NCBI GenBank assembly: GCA_964247055.1
Contig: OZ176058.1
Coordinates: 1,798,001-1,862,000 of the forward strand
Direction: 5' to 3'
DNA length: 64,000 nucleotides
Source of the DNA: Paragordius varius
Lineage: Eukaryota > Animalia > Nematomorpha
Made by a program: the position numbers and the translations under genes. Positions 46,591-60,700 of this stretch are shown in pieces. The notes below the pieces were generated by a model that saw only the letters and a list, made by a program, of their open reading frames with translations, was not told the DNA's origin and searched no databases. Positions within the stretch are counted from its first letter, which is position 1, and every line of letters begins with the position of its first letter.

Positions 46591-47023
46591 CCATTTACAG
46601 TTCAAATTCACCCTTGAACAATTCAAATTCACCCTTGAACAATTCAAATTCACCCTTGAACAATTCAAATTCACCTTTGAACAATTCAAATTCACCCTTG
46701 AACAATTCAAATTCACCCTAAAAATAAATTATGTATTTTCGAACTAATATAACTCATTATTAAAATTAAATATATTTTTATGGCAAAGTTTATTATTTTT
46801 TCAGTATTATTTTGTTTACACACAAAATTTCTTTTTTTTATAAATATAAAAAATATAGCTAATATATAATCTTAAAAAACATATATTTTATATGAGGGGG
46901 AATTTGAATTGTTCGAGGGTGAATTTGAATTGTTCAAGGGTGAATTTGAATTGTTCAAGGGTGAATTTGAATTGTTTAAGGGTGAATTTGAATTGATTAA
47001 GGGTGAAATTGAATTTTAAATGG
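46591..47023. mobile_element. MITE-A complete copy
   Basis: TATA|CCATTTACAGTTCAAATTCACCC…AAATGG|TATA; about 6 x 21-mer left and 5 right. Other copies or fragments near 2925, 8325, 10057, 22790, 23990-24750, 30315, 36130, 49496, 50222, 54610, 62780. Confidence 0.9.
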
Positions 47024-47114
47024 TATATTAAGTCATAGTGGAATATGCCCTTTGTGACATTTGTGTTGACAAACTTTGATTTATTTGTACCGACGAGATT
47101 TCCATAATGTAAAG

Positions 47115-47383
47115 CAGTGATTCCCAAAAGGAGGGCGCGGAAAATTTGGAAAATTAAATAAAAATTAAAGTAGAAACAAATTGAAGGATTTCCGATGCAA
47201 ATTATCAAGATTTGTCATCGTTATGATGGAAAAAATGCGTCAATAAAGCAGATATAAGGATCTCATTGATTGAGATTTTTATATTATAATAACATATTTT
47301 ACATTTTTATCTTGGTTTTTTATAAGAGGGCCTGGACAAGAATATTTATTTTCCGCCTGAACAAAAGTGGTTGAGAACCACGG
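47115..47383. mobile_element. Non-autonomous hAT element (Buster/Charlie-type)
   Basis: Exact 8-bp TSD ATGTAAAG at 47107-47114 and 47384-47391 with central TA; termini CAGTGATTCCCAA…TTGAGAACCACGG. Confidence 0.9.
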
Positions 47384-48502
47384 ATGTAAAGTACAATAAA
47401 AATTGAAATAATACGAACAATACGAAAAACGATAAAAATATTTTTTTCAAAAGACAACCATACTTTTCCAAACCTTAATTTTTTAATATAAGCTATTTAG
47501 TTTTACAATTGTAAAATATAGAATTGATTGTGTTAGGTTTATATATCTCTATTTCACACTTTGCCAATTAAAACAATGAGATGTATTTAAATGGATCGTG
47601 ATTTAGAAAGTATGGTTACCTTTAGAAATAAACATATGTGTCTTTATATTTTTACGTTTTGTCCGTATAATTTCAGATTTTAATATGTTTATCACAAAGT
47701 AACTAATAAACTAATTTGATTTTCGCCTTCGCCAAATGCATCTTCAAGAGATTCGATAAAGTAGCCTGCTTTATTTTTACATTATTGAAAAATTTAGTAT
47801 CGTTGGTTAGACATAAATTTTTGGAATTTGCGAATATAAATGTTTTTATTAAAATAGACAAGTCCGAGAAATCGTGTCTTTGAAATAATTTTCTGGAATA
47901 AATGAGGGTCTTTTATATTATCTAATAAAATATTTACATTTTTTTTTCAGAACAGAAGTCAATCAATTTGCCTTAAAGCTTTTTCAAAAAAATTTAATTT
48001 AAAAAGTGGAAGTTTTTATAGATAATTCCCCGACTCTATAGTCAAATATTTAATTAGCCCTTCTAATTTAACGCTAAACATAAATTCCCAAAAATTATTA
48101 TATTTGAAAGCAGTTTTCTAAATATACAGTGTTTATCGGAATAATGGTTTTAGGCATTTTTCTCAACAATTTTAACTCAGCGCTTCTTTATACATGTCCT
48201 ATAAAATTAATTAGACATAGTTTAAGGCATTTTTCCCAGTATAAAATATAATTTCATAACTAATTTTAATTTGATCGCGGGGGTAAAACTCCACCAACCT
48301 TATGTTATATATGCCATTTTATAATTATTACGCGTCTTTTCAGTTTATATTAAATTAATAAAAGTGTTTAAAAGTTTTCATTCAATAATGCGGCTTGGAT
48401 TCAATCAAAAAATTGTACCCAAAAAGCACATAAATTTTGAGAAATCTAAAATATAAGAAAATCAAATTAACGACTATACATGCTTGCTTTGTATATGTCT
48501 AA

Positions 48503-49034
48503 CACTTTGAAAATTGGGTTATCTAAATACCCTACACTATTAAGTTCAATTTTTATAAAAACTACTGAGAAACGGTTCTATTTATGCTTTTATCCTAATA
48601 AAAATTATATAAATAAGCCCAAATACTGAAATAAAATTTAGTTTCAAGAAAATGATCCATATCAAACAACTCCGACGCCATTTTTATCCATCATTTTTGC
48701 AAAATATTGTATTTATTTAATTTTGAAGCTAAAATTAAAGCTAATTTATATCACTAACATAAATACAAATAGAAATAGTGGTTTATTTTATACCTAATTG
48801 CATACATAGCGACTAAATTTTTACTATTGGGTTTTACCTTAAAATAAGTAATATCAAATATTTTTGAATCAAATTTTTTTTAATTTCGGTTCATTAATGT
48901 TATAAATGTGCAAACTTTTGTCAAGGTTATAATTTCTTCCATATTATTTATAGTTTTTAATTTTAAACAGGCCTGGGGTTTCCAACTAACTCAATGTTAA
49001 TCAAAGACTAAAATTAATGTGTTTTATCCAATTA
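48503..49034 (-). mobile_element. MITE-D, older inverted copy
   Basis: CACTTTGAAAATTGGGTTATCTAAATACCC…GACTAAAATTAATGTGTTTTATCCAA is the reverse complement of the other copies. Confidence 0.75.
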
Positions 49035-50412
49035 TTAAAGGCTAAAAAATGTTAAAACATTTTTCATTATAATTTAAGCTGAACTAAAAAAAAAATTCTA
49101 GAAAACATTAAAAATTGAAATGCGGAAAGCACAAATGTTTTTTAAAAACACAAACATACTTTTTTAAACCTTAATTTTCCCTCTTATATTATTTGACAAT
49201 AGAATATATCATGGATTGTATTAATATACCTCATCCTATATACTTTGTTATTTCAAACACTGTGCATTCTATTTAAATACACCAACATTTAAAAAGGAAT
49301 TTCTTTTGAAAATATTTGTCTAGATATTTTTACATTCTGTTCGCATAAATTCAATTTGTACTGTAAAAAAGATTTTAAAGTGTTTTGGGTTGAAAATCAA
49401 AAATTTGGAGTTTAATTGGTAAAGTGTTGAATTTAGTTCAAAGGTTTTAAGGCATAAAATTTTTATTAAATAAAATTTTATTTTATGTTAACTACACCAT
49501 TTACGATTCAAAATCACCCTTGAACAATTCAAATTCAAATCCCTAAAAATAAATTAAGTGTTTCCGGACAGCTAAACTTATTATTGATATGAATATTCTT
49601 ATGGCATAGTTTATTATTTTTTCAGTATTATTTCAATTTAAAACAAAATTTTATATTTTAAAAATATTAAAAAGTATAGGTAATTAAATCTTTAAAAACA
49701 CAATTTATTTTAGGTGTTAAATTATTCGAGGATGAATTCGAACTGTAAATATGGTATATTATATATTTAAGTCAATATTTTGATGCAGAACACAAGATGT
49801 TTATAATTAAATTAAAATTTATTTTTCGGGAAACAAGAATAATAAAATAAATTATACAAGTTACACTTTTTCTATAATAATAAATTTTGTAACAATGCTA
49901 TTAAACAACATATTGTAATTTATTAAAAATCAATAAATTTTAGATTTTTCAGTGGAACACAACCAATAATATTTTATAAAAAAAATAAAAACTAACATTA
50001 ATTTACGATTTTGCGTTAAATTTTATGGTTAAACTTTCAATTTTAAGGCGAAAATTAATTATCAGATTTTTTTTAAATATTTCAAATATTTCAAATTTTT
50101 AAAATACTGTAGTTATTCCTTATATTTCAATGACTAAAACAATTATAGAAAAATTAATATTTAAACATATATAGTTATAATTGTAGATAAACCTATAATT
50201 TAAAACGGCGCAAATACTTAAAGAAATAAAAAATATTTTATACCATTTAGAATTCAAATTCACCCTCAAATAAATTATGTGTTTTTTATAAAAAATTACC
50301 TATATTTTAACATAAAATTTGTTTAAAATTAATTAGAAAACACATAATTGTTTTTTAGGGTGAATTTGAATGGTTCGTGGGTGAAATTGTTTAAGGGTGA
50401 ATTTGAACATTA

Positions 50413-50456
<44 letters not shown>

Positions 50457-51574
50457 AATAATCAAATTTGACTTTAGATATTGATATAAAAAATTTGTCG
50501 TTTTCTAAACTAATAAAATATATAATATTATTTTCATATTTTATATATCAGTGAAATTTTTGAGGGATAAATTAAAATGTAAACTTAACTTAAACCGTAT
50601 CTGGCTAAATAATAATTTTTGATTAACTCGACAGAAAATTTATAAAACAATAGACATTGTTAAGTAATTTATGGAAAGCCAAAAAAAATAAAATATGTTT
50701 GAAGTGCTAATTAAATTAACAATATAATAAAAATTTTCCCGTTTTTAAAGTTTTAAATTATATACATAAAAAATTATTGAAAAAAAAATTTATTGTAGTT
50801 AAATAAAATACTACATAAAAAACATATTTATTGATTAATTTTTTTTTACGTTTAAACTGCTTGTAGAAAAAAGTAAGCTTCGTTTTTCGTTTTCAAATAA
50901 CAATGAATACATTCATAAAAACTGTGCGAAGGCATACTCAACATAGGATAGCAAGAGAATATAAAAAGATAATAAAGAGAAAATAGGATTAATATTTTTT
51001 GATATATTTCTTTGTAAATTCAATATTTTAAAAGGTTTTTTTTCCGTGCTTGCTTAGTTAGTCTTTTTTACTTAAAAATTAAATTTACTACATTCTATAG
51101 AAAAAAACTTCAAAATTGGATATTTTTAACAGTTTTGATGACAACAGACCTGAAAATATAAGCGAATTCTGTCAGAAAGATTCTTAACTAAAATGTTTAT
51201 TCGCCATCCTATTCAATATCTAAGCCTTCAACTTACAAAGAAAATCAAAAATTTTATGTGGTTATCGAATGACATATCAATTTTTTACTTTGGCTCATGT
51301 CAACAGATTTTAAAGTATCTCCTATATTTTTTTTGTTAAACATAATCCCCACAACTTATAATAACGCTATATTATCCCAATCATGGATTATTTAAAGGAT
51401 TAATTTATCATCTACCTTAAATTATCCAGTTTTCACCAAAAAAATCAAAATTAAAGAATGACATATCAAAAAGTCGCATTTTCCATATCCAAAAAAGCAA
51501 AAAATTTAATGTTGAAAACTTGACATCAATTTTAACCGAATGAGTTAACCCAACTTAATAAATAAACCAACACA

Positions 51575-51742
51575 ATGCCTTATCTTAGAGCTATAACTGA
51601 AATAGAAAAGAAATTTTACCTACGCGCAAAACATAATTGCTTTTTGTGGGGCATTCGAGTGCTAATTTTGTATTCCTGTGTTCAAATATTTATTCACCTT
51701 ATAGTGCCCGATTTTTATTCGAATTCACCGTTTTCCAAATCG
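51575..51742 (+). CDS. ADCY2: Adenylate cyclase probable first coding exon (N-terminus + TM1)
   Basis: ATG preceded by an in-frame stop; hydrophobic [22 protein letters not shown]; AAATCG|gtaata phase 0 fits the next exon. Confidence 0.65.
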
Positions 51743-54700
51743 GTAATATTGGAGTAAACATTGATATTATAAGGACTTACTAATCATAAAAATGTAAAGA
51801 CAAATATTTTTTTCTAAAAGACTACAACCATGCTTTTTCAGTAAAAACTGAAATTATGCGGAAACGTAAAAATATAAAGACAAATATTTTTTTCTAAAAG
51901 ACAACAACCATAATTTTTAAATATCGATTTATTTTCATAAAACTCATTGTTTAAAATGGTAAAGCGTGAAATAGAGATATATTACTAACACAATCAATTC
52001 TATGTCTTACAATTGCAACTAAATACCTTATATGAGAAAAATTAAGGTTTGAAAAAGTATGGTTGTCTTTTGGAAAAAATTTTTTATATTACGTTTTGTC
52101 CGCTAATTTTAGTTTTTACTGTAATTACATTCGTAAAATATATAGTTGATTATGTTACCAAATCACATTTCTATATTATACTTTGCAATTTAAAACAATG
52201 AGTTATATTAGAATGAATTAAGATTTAAAAATTATGATTGTGTTTTATAAAGATTATTTGTCTTTTTAATTATACGTTTTGTTCGTATAGTTTCAAATTT
52301 TTACCATATCTTTTCGCACCCTAAAATTTAAATATAATTCATAATAATAAATTGTTGCAAGGATTTAAAAAAATGCTATAATAATTGATAAAATTAGTAA
52401 ATTTACAAAAGTATTTTTGGAAATTTAAAATAAAAGAATAGGGTTTTTTGATAACTGATGATTTATTCGGAAGACACATTCATTGTGTTTTTAAATAATA
52501 ACTTTATGGATTAAAACTTAAAAATTCCTTAATATTAAAAGTAATTTTGATACCTAATATTTTCAGGCTAAGATTTTTCCCAGGAAAAAAAATGCTAAAA
52601 TTTATTATAAATTATTTCTTATGAATAATATATATAATTTATTAGATATAACAATTATATATATATATATATATTTATATGAAATATGGCATTCTTAACA
52701 ATAAAACCTGACTGCTAAAAAATAATTAATTAATGTAGAATTTGATCTCCAGGGATTTCCAAAAGGAAAAGACCTGTTGACAAGTTAATTAAAAAATACA
52801 TTTAATTGCGTCAAAAAACCATTAATTATTATTATTACTTTTATTTACACAGTACACATAAATAATATCATGGTAAAATTAATACAGACAAAATATAAAA
52901 ACTAAAGAATTGAAATTTTACGGTAAAAATTTAAATTATAACGGACAAAATAAATTAAATAGATAAAAACACATATTTTATTTCAAAAAGACAACCACCA
53001 TACTTTATTCAAGCCTTAATTTTATTTATTTACCATGCTAAATTATTAAATTGATTGTTGCAATATTAAATAACGAGTTATATATAAAAAATTCGAGATT
53101 AAGAAAGTATTGGGTTGTCTTTTGTAAAAAATATTGTCTTTTTATTGCTATGTTTTCTCCGTATGATTCCAATTTTTACTATATAATGAATGACACCATA
53201 CCTTTTTAAACCTTAATAATTCCATAAAAATATGGAAATTCATTTAAAACGTATCATAGAATAAATAAAATTCGCGAACGGTTTCGGACATTTTAACGTG
53301 TGTCCGTCCTCAGCGTAAAAAAAATATATAAATATTAGTATGGATAAAATGGTGCTTTATACACAATTTTTAAAAACGTTTATCAAGAAAATTACTGATA
53401 TATACAGTAAAATTGAAAGTATACGGACAAAAGGTAAAATATAAAAAATTACTTTCTAAAATACAACAATACTTTTTAAATCTTGATTCATTTCAAAATA
53501 ACTCATTGTTCAAAACGGTAAAATGTTTAATAGAGATATAAATTACTAACACAATTAATTATATATTTTACAATTCTAACCGAATAGCTTATATAGAAAG
53601 AAAAATTTAAGTTTGTAAAAGTATGGTTTTCTTTTAGTTAAAAATATTTGTCTTTAAATTATTACGTTTGGTCCGTATAAGTTTTACTGTAATTAGGCGT
53701 TTTACCAATTTTTACCTCTTTTTCTTATTTTTTATAGATATGGTTGTCTTTGTTTTAAAAAAACTTGTTGACTTTTTTAACACTTGGATACAACACATTC
53801 ATTTTAGTCCTTCGATTCAAATTGGGGTAGTTAAATACCCCAGACCTGTTTAAAATTAAATTCTTTAAAAAATATGGGGGGAATCGAAACCATGGCAAAA
53901 TTTTGCACTTATATAACATTAATAAAACGAAATTTATAAAAAAATTTATTCAAAAATACTTGATCTAAAGGTAAAAATTTACTCAACCTGACATGTGTGC
54001 AATGGTAAAATTGATAAATAATACAAAATAAACAGCTTTTTCTATTTCTATCAATGTTAGATGTAATTGAAATAAAAAATTAGCTTTAATTTTAACCTTA
54101 AAATTAAAAGAATACGATATTTTGCCTAAAATAAAAATGGCGTCGAAGTAGTTTGACATGGAACTTTTTTTAACAAAATTTTATTTAGATATTTTGGCAT
54201 ATTTATATAATTTTTATTAGAATAGAAGCATAAATTTAAATTGAGGCCGTTTCCTTCAGTATTTTTTTTAAAAAATCTCAACTCAAATTTAGTCTGGGGT
54301 ATTTAGACACCCCAAATTGAATCGAAGTGTTAATGACCTCCATTGAAACCTAATAAGTTAGTTTTATTATAAATAAATCGAATTATACGCACAAATCTTA
54401 AAACCATAAAAACAATCAATTATTTTTTAAAATAAGCCATACTTCTAAAACATCGATTTTTCCCCTATCTTTACGAATACAATCTCGCAAAATTTATATT
54501 TGATTTTGTTACTTATTTACGATCTTACAATGAGTTATATTTTTACAAAAATAGCGTTTAATAATGTACAACAGTCTTTTGAAAATAAAGACTTATGTCT
54601 ATTAAAATTACAATTCGTCCTATATATAATTAAAAATTACCCTTAAACAATTGATATTCACCCTTTAACAATTGAAACACTCTCGAACAATTAATATTCA

Positions 54701-57700
54701 CCCTCAAATAAATTTTATGTTTTTTAAGATTAAAAATCACCTAAATTTTTATATATTTTTAACAAATAAAAGTTTGTTTAAATTGCAAAACAAAAACATT
54801 CTATAAAGATATATTTAACATTAATAATAATGAGTTTTATTAGTTCGAAAAAACACATAATTTATTTTTAGGGTAGAATTGTTCGAGAGGGTGAATTTAA
54901 ATAGTAAATGGTATATTAACAATTTTGGGTTACCTTTATTTTTTTTCTCAGTGAGTTATTTTTATAATATATATTTATTTTAGCCGTCCAAATGGTTGAA
55001 ATTCATAAATTATGAGTTGATTCTGAATATTGGACTCCTATGGTTCGCTTGCATAATTTTGCTGGTTTCGTTTCGCCGCAACATTTTTAAACGATATCTT
55101 TGGCTGTTTGCCATATCAAGTATTTATTTTTTTAATTTACCGATTTTTTGAAATTATAAGTAATTTTTTTTAAAAATAATAAAAATTGAAATTATACGGA
55201 AAAACGTAAAAAACATAATTTTTAATAAAGACAACCAGATCTTGTTTTTTTGTTTGAAATTGTAAAGATGTAAAATAATTTATAAATGAAAAATTTAAAA
55301 AGAAAAAAGTTAGGTAGTAGGAAAAAAATATTTGTCTTTATATTACGTATTTTCCATTATTGTAATTAAGAAATTCAATTGCAGAATAATTAAATTCAAA
55401 AATTTAATTATAATATATCTATCTAGGAAATGTTAGATATTGTAACCCATTATTAAAATTTAAGTTTCAATATTTTTTGGACTTCATGTAAATTTACCTA
55501 TTATTTTTGCATATTATATATAATCTAATTAAATAAAAAACATAGATACAAACAATTTTTTTCAAAGACCGCTGCATTTTTTAACCTTGTTTTTTTTAAA
55601 ATTATTCATTGTTCTTAAACTGCAAAGTATGAAAAATAAAAATGTACATTGGTAACACAAAGAACTATAATTTACGGTTTAAATCCAGTGTACTTAAATA
55701 GCAGCCCACGGACCTTACGGCCCTAAAAGTGCTTTTTTATGCCCTAAATTATTTATTAATTTTTTTGATGTATTTTTGAGGATAAATATTGGTAAATGTG
55801 ACAAAAAGCTATAAAAACATGGTTTTAGTCTACGACCTTTGAGACAAGATACAGTAAAAATTGAATTTTACGGACAAATATAAATAAAGACAAATACAGT
55901 CATGTATCCTTTATATACAAAAAATTTTTTTCTTCCGTTAAATGGGTATAAATCATTGTTAAAGAATGGATAAAACAAGAACTCTATGGTATTAACAATA
56001 TCATATTCATCAAAAAAAGTATAAGAATTAATATAGAGCTCCTTGTTTTTTTCATTCTTTACAAAGTTATACCCATTTAACGAAAAAAAAATAAATTTTT
56101 GATAAAATAAAGGATACATGACTGTAAGACAACCATAATTTTAAATTTTGTTTCAACATAACATCACTCATTTTTTAAAATGGTATGTGTGACATCGAGA
56201 TATATATTACTAACACAATCCATATTTTACAATAATTACCTGGCCGTCATAGGAGAAAATAGGGTTTGAAAAGTATGGGTATCTTTTGAAAAAACATTTT
56301 TGTCTTATTTTTACGTTTTGTCCGTATAATTTCAATTTTTACTGTAAATAGTTTTTGCGGCCCTAAGAAATTTATTTGTGATTACCACTGGTTTAAATTT
56401 TATATTGGCAAAATTAAGGTTTCAAAAAGTGTTTTAAAAATATTTGTTTTTTCCATTAATGTAACATGTATGTATAAATAAATTAAATTTTAGAAAAATA
56501 TAAAAATATATCTTTCGCTCTAAATGTTGGATTTTGAAACATCAGTAAATTAAATTATTTTTTTGGTTTACAAGGTACCGACAGTTATTGTTGACTATTT
56601 TTTCCATATTTATGTTTATTTATTTAGCTTGGTTAGTTTTGCTATTTTACCTGGTCTGTGATAACATACTCAACAAAAGTCAGTCATTGGCGGCTTCGAT
56701 ATATCAATATTCCGCAAGAAATGTAAAAAATAACTTTCAAACTCAACAAAAAACTTTAAATACAGATAATTTGGAAAAAACTCGCATTCTGGGCTTAAGC
56801 TCTGGAGATATACACCAAGCATTTTTCTTCATACTGTGTTCCTATATATTTTTACCCCTTAATAGGATACAATTGACTTTTGCCGGTTCTTTACTCAGTC
56901 TAATATATTTTACAACATCTTTCCTCACTTTAAGTAATACCATGTATAATAATAATTTAACCCCTACTAAGTCCATACCTTATGACAATCCTAAAATGCC
57001 CACTCAAAATTACGATAATATATCATTTGTTATGATTCGTAATAAAATAGCCCCTAGAAAACGGGAGGATATAGGAAATGATAGTTTTACTGAATTAGAT
57101 TTCAAAATTCCTCAGGAGTATTTCACATTAGACGCTCTTGAAATATTTGCTAAAGAAAGCACCAATACTAAAAACAGTTATAGACTTAAAAGAGATAAAC
57201 GGCAAATCAATACTGAGTTAATGTCACAGCTTACAGCATCTAAAAATATATCCCTCAAAGAAATTTTAGAAACCAACATAGTTAAAATGCCACGGAGTGG
57301 AAACGTAAATATGAAGAAAATGAGTAAACCTTTAACACAAACCTCAGAAATCAAACCGACTATTCGTAAGGAAAATTCTCTCCGGTTTAGGCAACGATTA
57401 ACACTCAAGTTTTGGCAGTATGGAAATTTGACTCGTGAGGTTTTATTTTTAGTAAAATTGGAAATTATACTAACAAAAGAAACTAAAGACATTTTTTTAA
57501 AAAAGGCAACCATATTTTGTTAACTTTTATAATTCATCGTTTCGTGTTGGAAAATAAGTAAAAAAAGTAGTAAATTGTAACCAACACATCATAAATATTA
57601 AAAAATTCATTAGTTAATAAAGGAAAAAAGATTCAAAAAATTATAATTGTTTTTTAGAAAAAAAACATTTGTTTTTTATTTTTACGTTTGGTCTGTGTAA

Positions 57701-60700
57701 TTTTATTTTTTACTGTGGTACTCTTAAACAGCAATTATTTCATATTTTTAATTATATATTCCAGTAAAACGTAATATTTGTTGTTACTAAAATTATAATT
57801 TAAATTTTGTTTATTTTTCTTAGGTTTTTGTGGTAGTTATCATATTATTTGCCGCTAATTTAATTGGTTCCTTTCAAAGCATAGTGCTTGCCCGATCACG
57901 TAAAAAAATCTTCAATGATGCCAAAAAGTTCTTGGAGAATCGGATTAACCTGGAAATTGAAAAGGATCAACAAGTTATAAATTTAAGCTGCTAATAGTTA
58001 TTTTAACACAGTATGAAAAAGTATACATTGCTAGATTTTTGTAAAATATTGCCAGATAGCCAATAGAGCAAAGAGAATTATTATTGAACAACAACAGTAA
58101 AAAGCGAAAAAAAATAACTTTAGGTTAAGAACAATGCCCTTTGCTGAATATTACGGTATAAGTAGGTATATATTGCTTGATTTTCATTTATTTTGTCAAA
58201 TAGCATATGCAGCAAAAAGGATTATTGTTAACTTATGGTAGTACTCTCAAATATTTTTTGATATTTTTAGTAACGCTCTTGCAAGACATAAAATTTATGT
58301 AAAATCCGATTATTGTTTAAGTGTTAAAACCAATTATATAGTTGAATAATATTGTGCTTATAAGATACATTCTTTTAAAATAGCATCAAAAAATTAATAG
58401 ATTATGAAAATTAAAGGCTTAATTTTCAATAAATATAATTGCTTGTGGGGTATTTTCGGTTAAGTTACAAAACTCTTTTGAAATTTATATTATTATATTT
58501 AAGACAAATATTATTTTGAAAAAAATACATACTTATTGAAACTGCAATTATTACCATATAAATTATTAAAGTACAATTTCGCATTACATGTTTGATAATG
58601 ACTATATACATCCCTATTCCTTTTTTAACCCGATGTTAAGTTAAAAAATAAAGATATATGGTTGTCTTAGAATTTGTTTTAGTTTATATTATATGATTTG
58701 TCTCCATAATTTCAAGTTTAACTGTACATATCGCTTAAGGATAAATTATTGTTGAGCGTAATCCCACCCCATATAACTGAAGAGGTCAAACAAGCCATGT
58801 TAGAAAAATTGAATTATAAAAACAGTTTACGAAAGCATTCTTTCCTACAAAATCAACAATTCCACGAAATGTATGTCGTACATCACAAAAATGTTAGGTA
58901 ATATTTTTTTATATATAAATGTAAAAAACTAAATGGCAAAATTTCGTTTTTAAAAAAGAGAAACACCTATACTTTCTTATATTTGAGAAATATAGTTTAA
59001 AAGTATGATTGATAATTTTAAGGACAATTATTAGGGTGAAGATATAAGGCTGAATAATAATTTATAGGAAAAAAACTGTTTTTTTACGAAAACCATATTA
59101 TTTAGATCTTAATTTTTTATATAACCAATCTTCTTAGGTTGCGAAATAGGACAAACTCACTATTTTTTAATTAAAATTTTAATAATAAAATCAAGTTTCA
59201 AAAATATTAATTTTTAGCTTTCTATATTTTGTATTTATTTTATTTAAATCCTTATTGTAAATTACATTTAAAATATATTTCATTTAGTATTTTATATTCC
59301 GACATTGTAAATTTTACACCGTTGTCGCAAAAACTGTCACCAGAACGGCTCGTCCAAACTCTCAATGAACTATTTGCCTCTTTTGATCTCATCGCTCAGG
59401 TATTTTTATAAACTAAAATGTTTTTTTTATACCAAACCAAAAAGGAGTTATTGATTTTTTTCAAAAACAAATTTTACAAAAAGACACCGCGTAAAATGCG
59501 TACTAAATTAATTAATTTTAAAAGTTTTTGCAATTTGCATCAGATGCTAAGATGGAAAATACATATTTAGATTCGAACTAAATAAGCAAAACGATCAGAA
59601 GTATAAAATTTGATAATATATTTTTATATGATTGTTTATACATTATTTTTAGATAGTCCAAAGTAAAATAAATTTTAAAAACTACAATTTAAAAAAATAT
59701 CTCTTGACTACAAATTTTATGCTGGAAACCATTATTTATACCATTTTTTATATAAGGTAATTAGAGAGCTATTAAAAACAATTTTAATTGGTTGAAAGAG
59801 CTCTAAAGTTAAATGTTTGTTGCTATGTTTATTTCATTTTATTGGTTACATATTTAATTGAAAAAATTAACATGTAACTAATAAAACGAAAAATTTTAAA
59901 ATGGCAACAAATATGTAAAATACGGGATTGGGAATCAAAAACTAAAATAACCAATAATTTCATCCGTTATTATTATATTGTAAAAAATTGAAAAATGAAT
60001 ATATTATTTTATTGATCGAAAAATATTTCGGCGGGATCATTACCAAAAGATTTCACATTTAAATAAATATTTCTAAATTCCTAAGTTTTTACAAATAAAT
60101 TATTTTACCATTTTTTCATCTGAAAAATAAAAGCCATTTTTGATTAAATTAATACTTGGATACAACACATTCATTTTAGTCCTTCGATTCGAATTGGGGT
60201 AATTGGATGCCCCAGGCCCGTTTAATTTTAATTATTCCAAAAATATGGAATGAATTTAAACCTCGGCAAAAATTTTCACATTTATTACATTGATGAACAC
60301 CGAAATATATAAACATTCAAAAATACTTGATATTACCAATTTTAAGCTAAAACCTCGAGGTAAGAATTTAGGGACATGTATTCATTAGCTTAATTTAAAA
60401 ATATTGCAAAATAAACCATTTTTTTTCTATCAATGTTAGATGTGATTTAAATAAAATTGCTTAAATGTAAGCAGTAAAATTAAAAGGGCACGATATTTTG
60501 CAAAAATATTATAAAATAGAAATAGCGTCAAATTAGTTTGATATGGAACATTTTTTTCAAACCAATTTTTATTTAGATATTTCGGCTTGTTTATATAATT
60601 TATATTAGGATAGAAGCTTGAATTTTAATTTGGACCATTTCTTTCAGTAGTTTTTTAATATAAATTTAAATATTGTCTGGGATATTTAAATAGCCCAATT

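Noticed and set aside
47700-47775. Minus-strand coding-looking stretch AGYFIESLEDAFGEGENQ
   Set aside because: About 25 codons between stops, with no partner exons or recognisable homology.
14831-57513. Antisense ORFs 14831-15085, 16849-17073, 57178-57513 and 4303-4512
   Set aside because: Shadows of real + strand exons or their echo copies.
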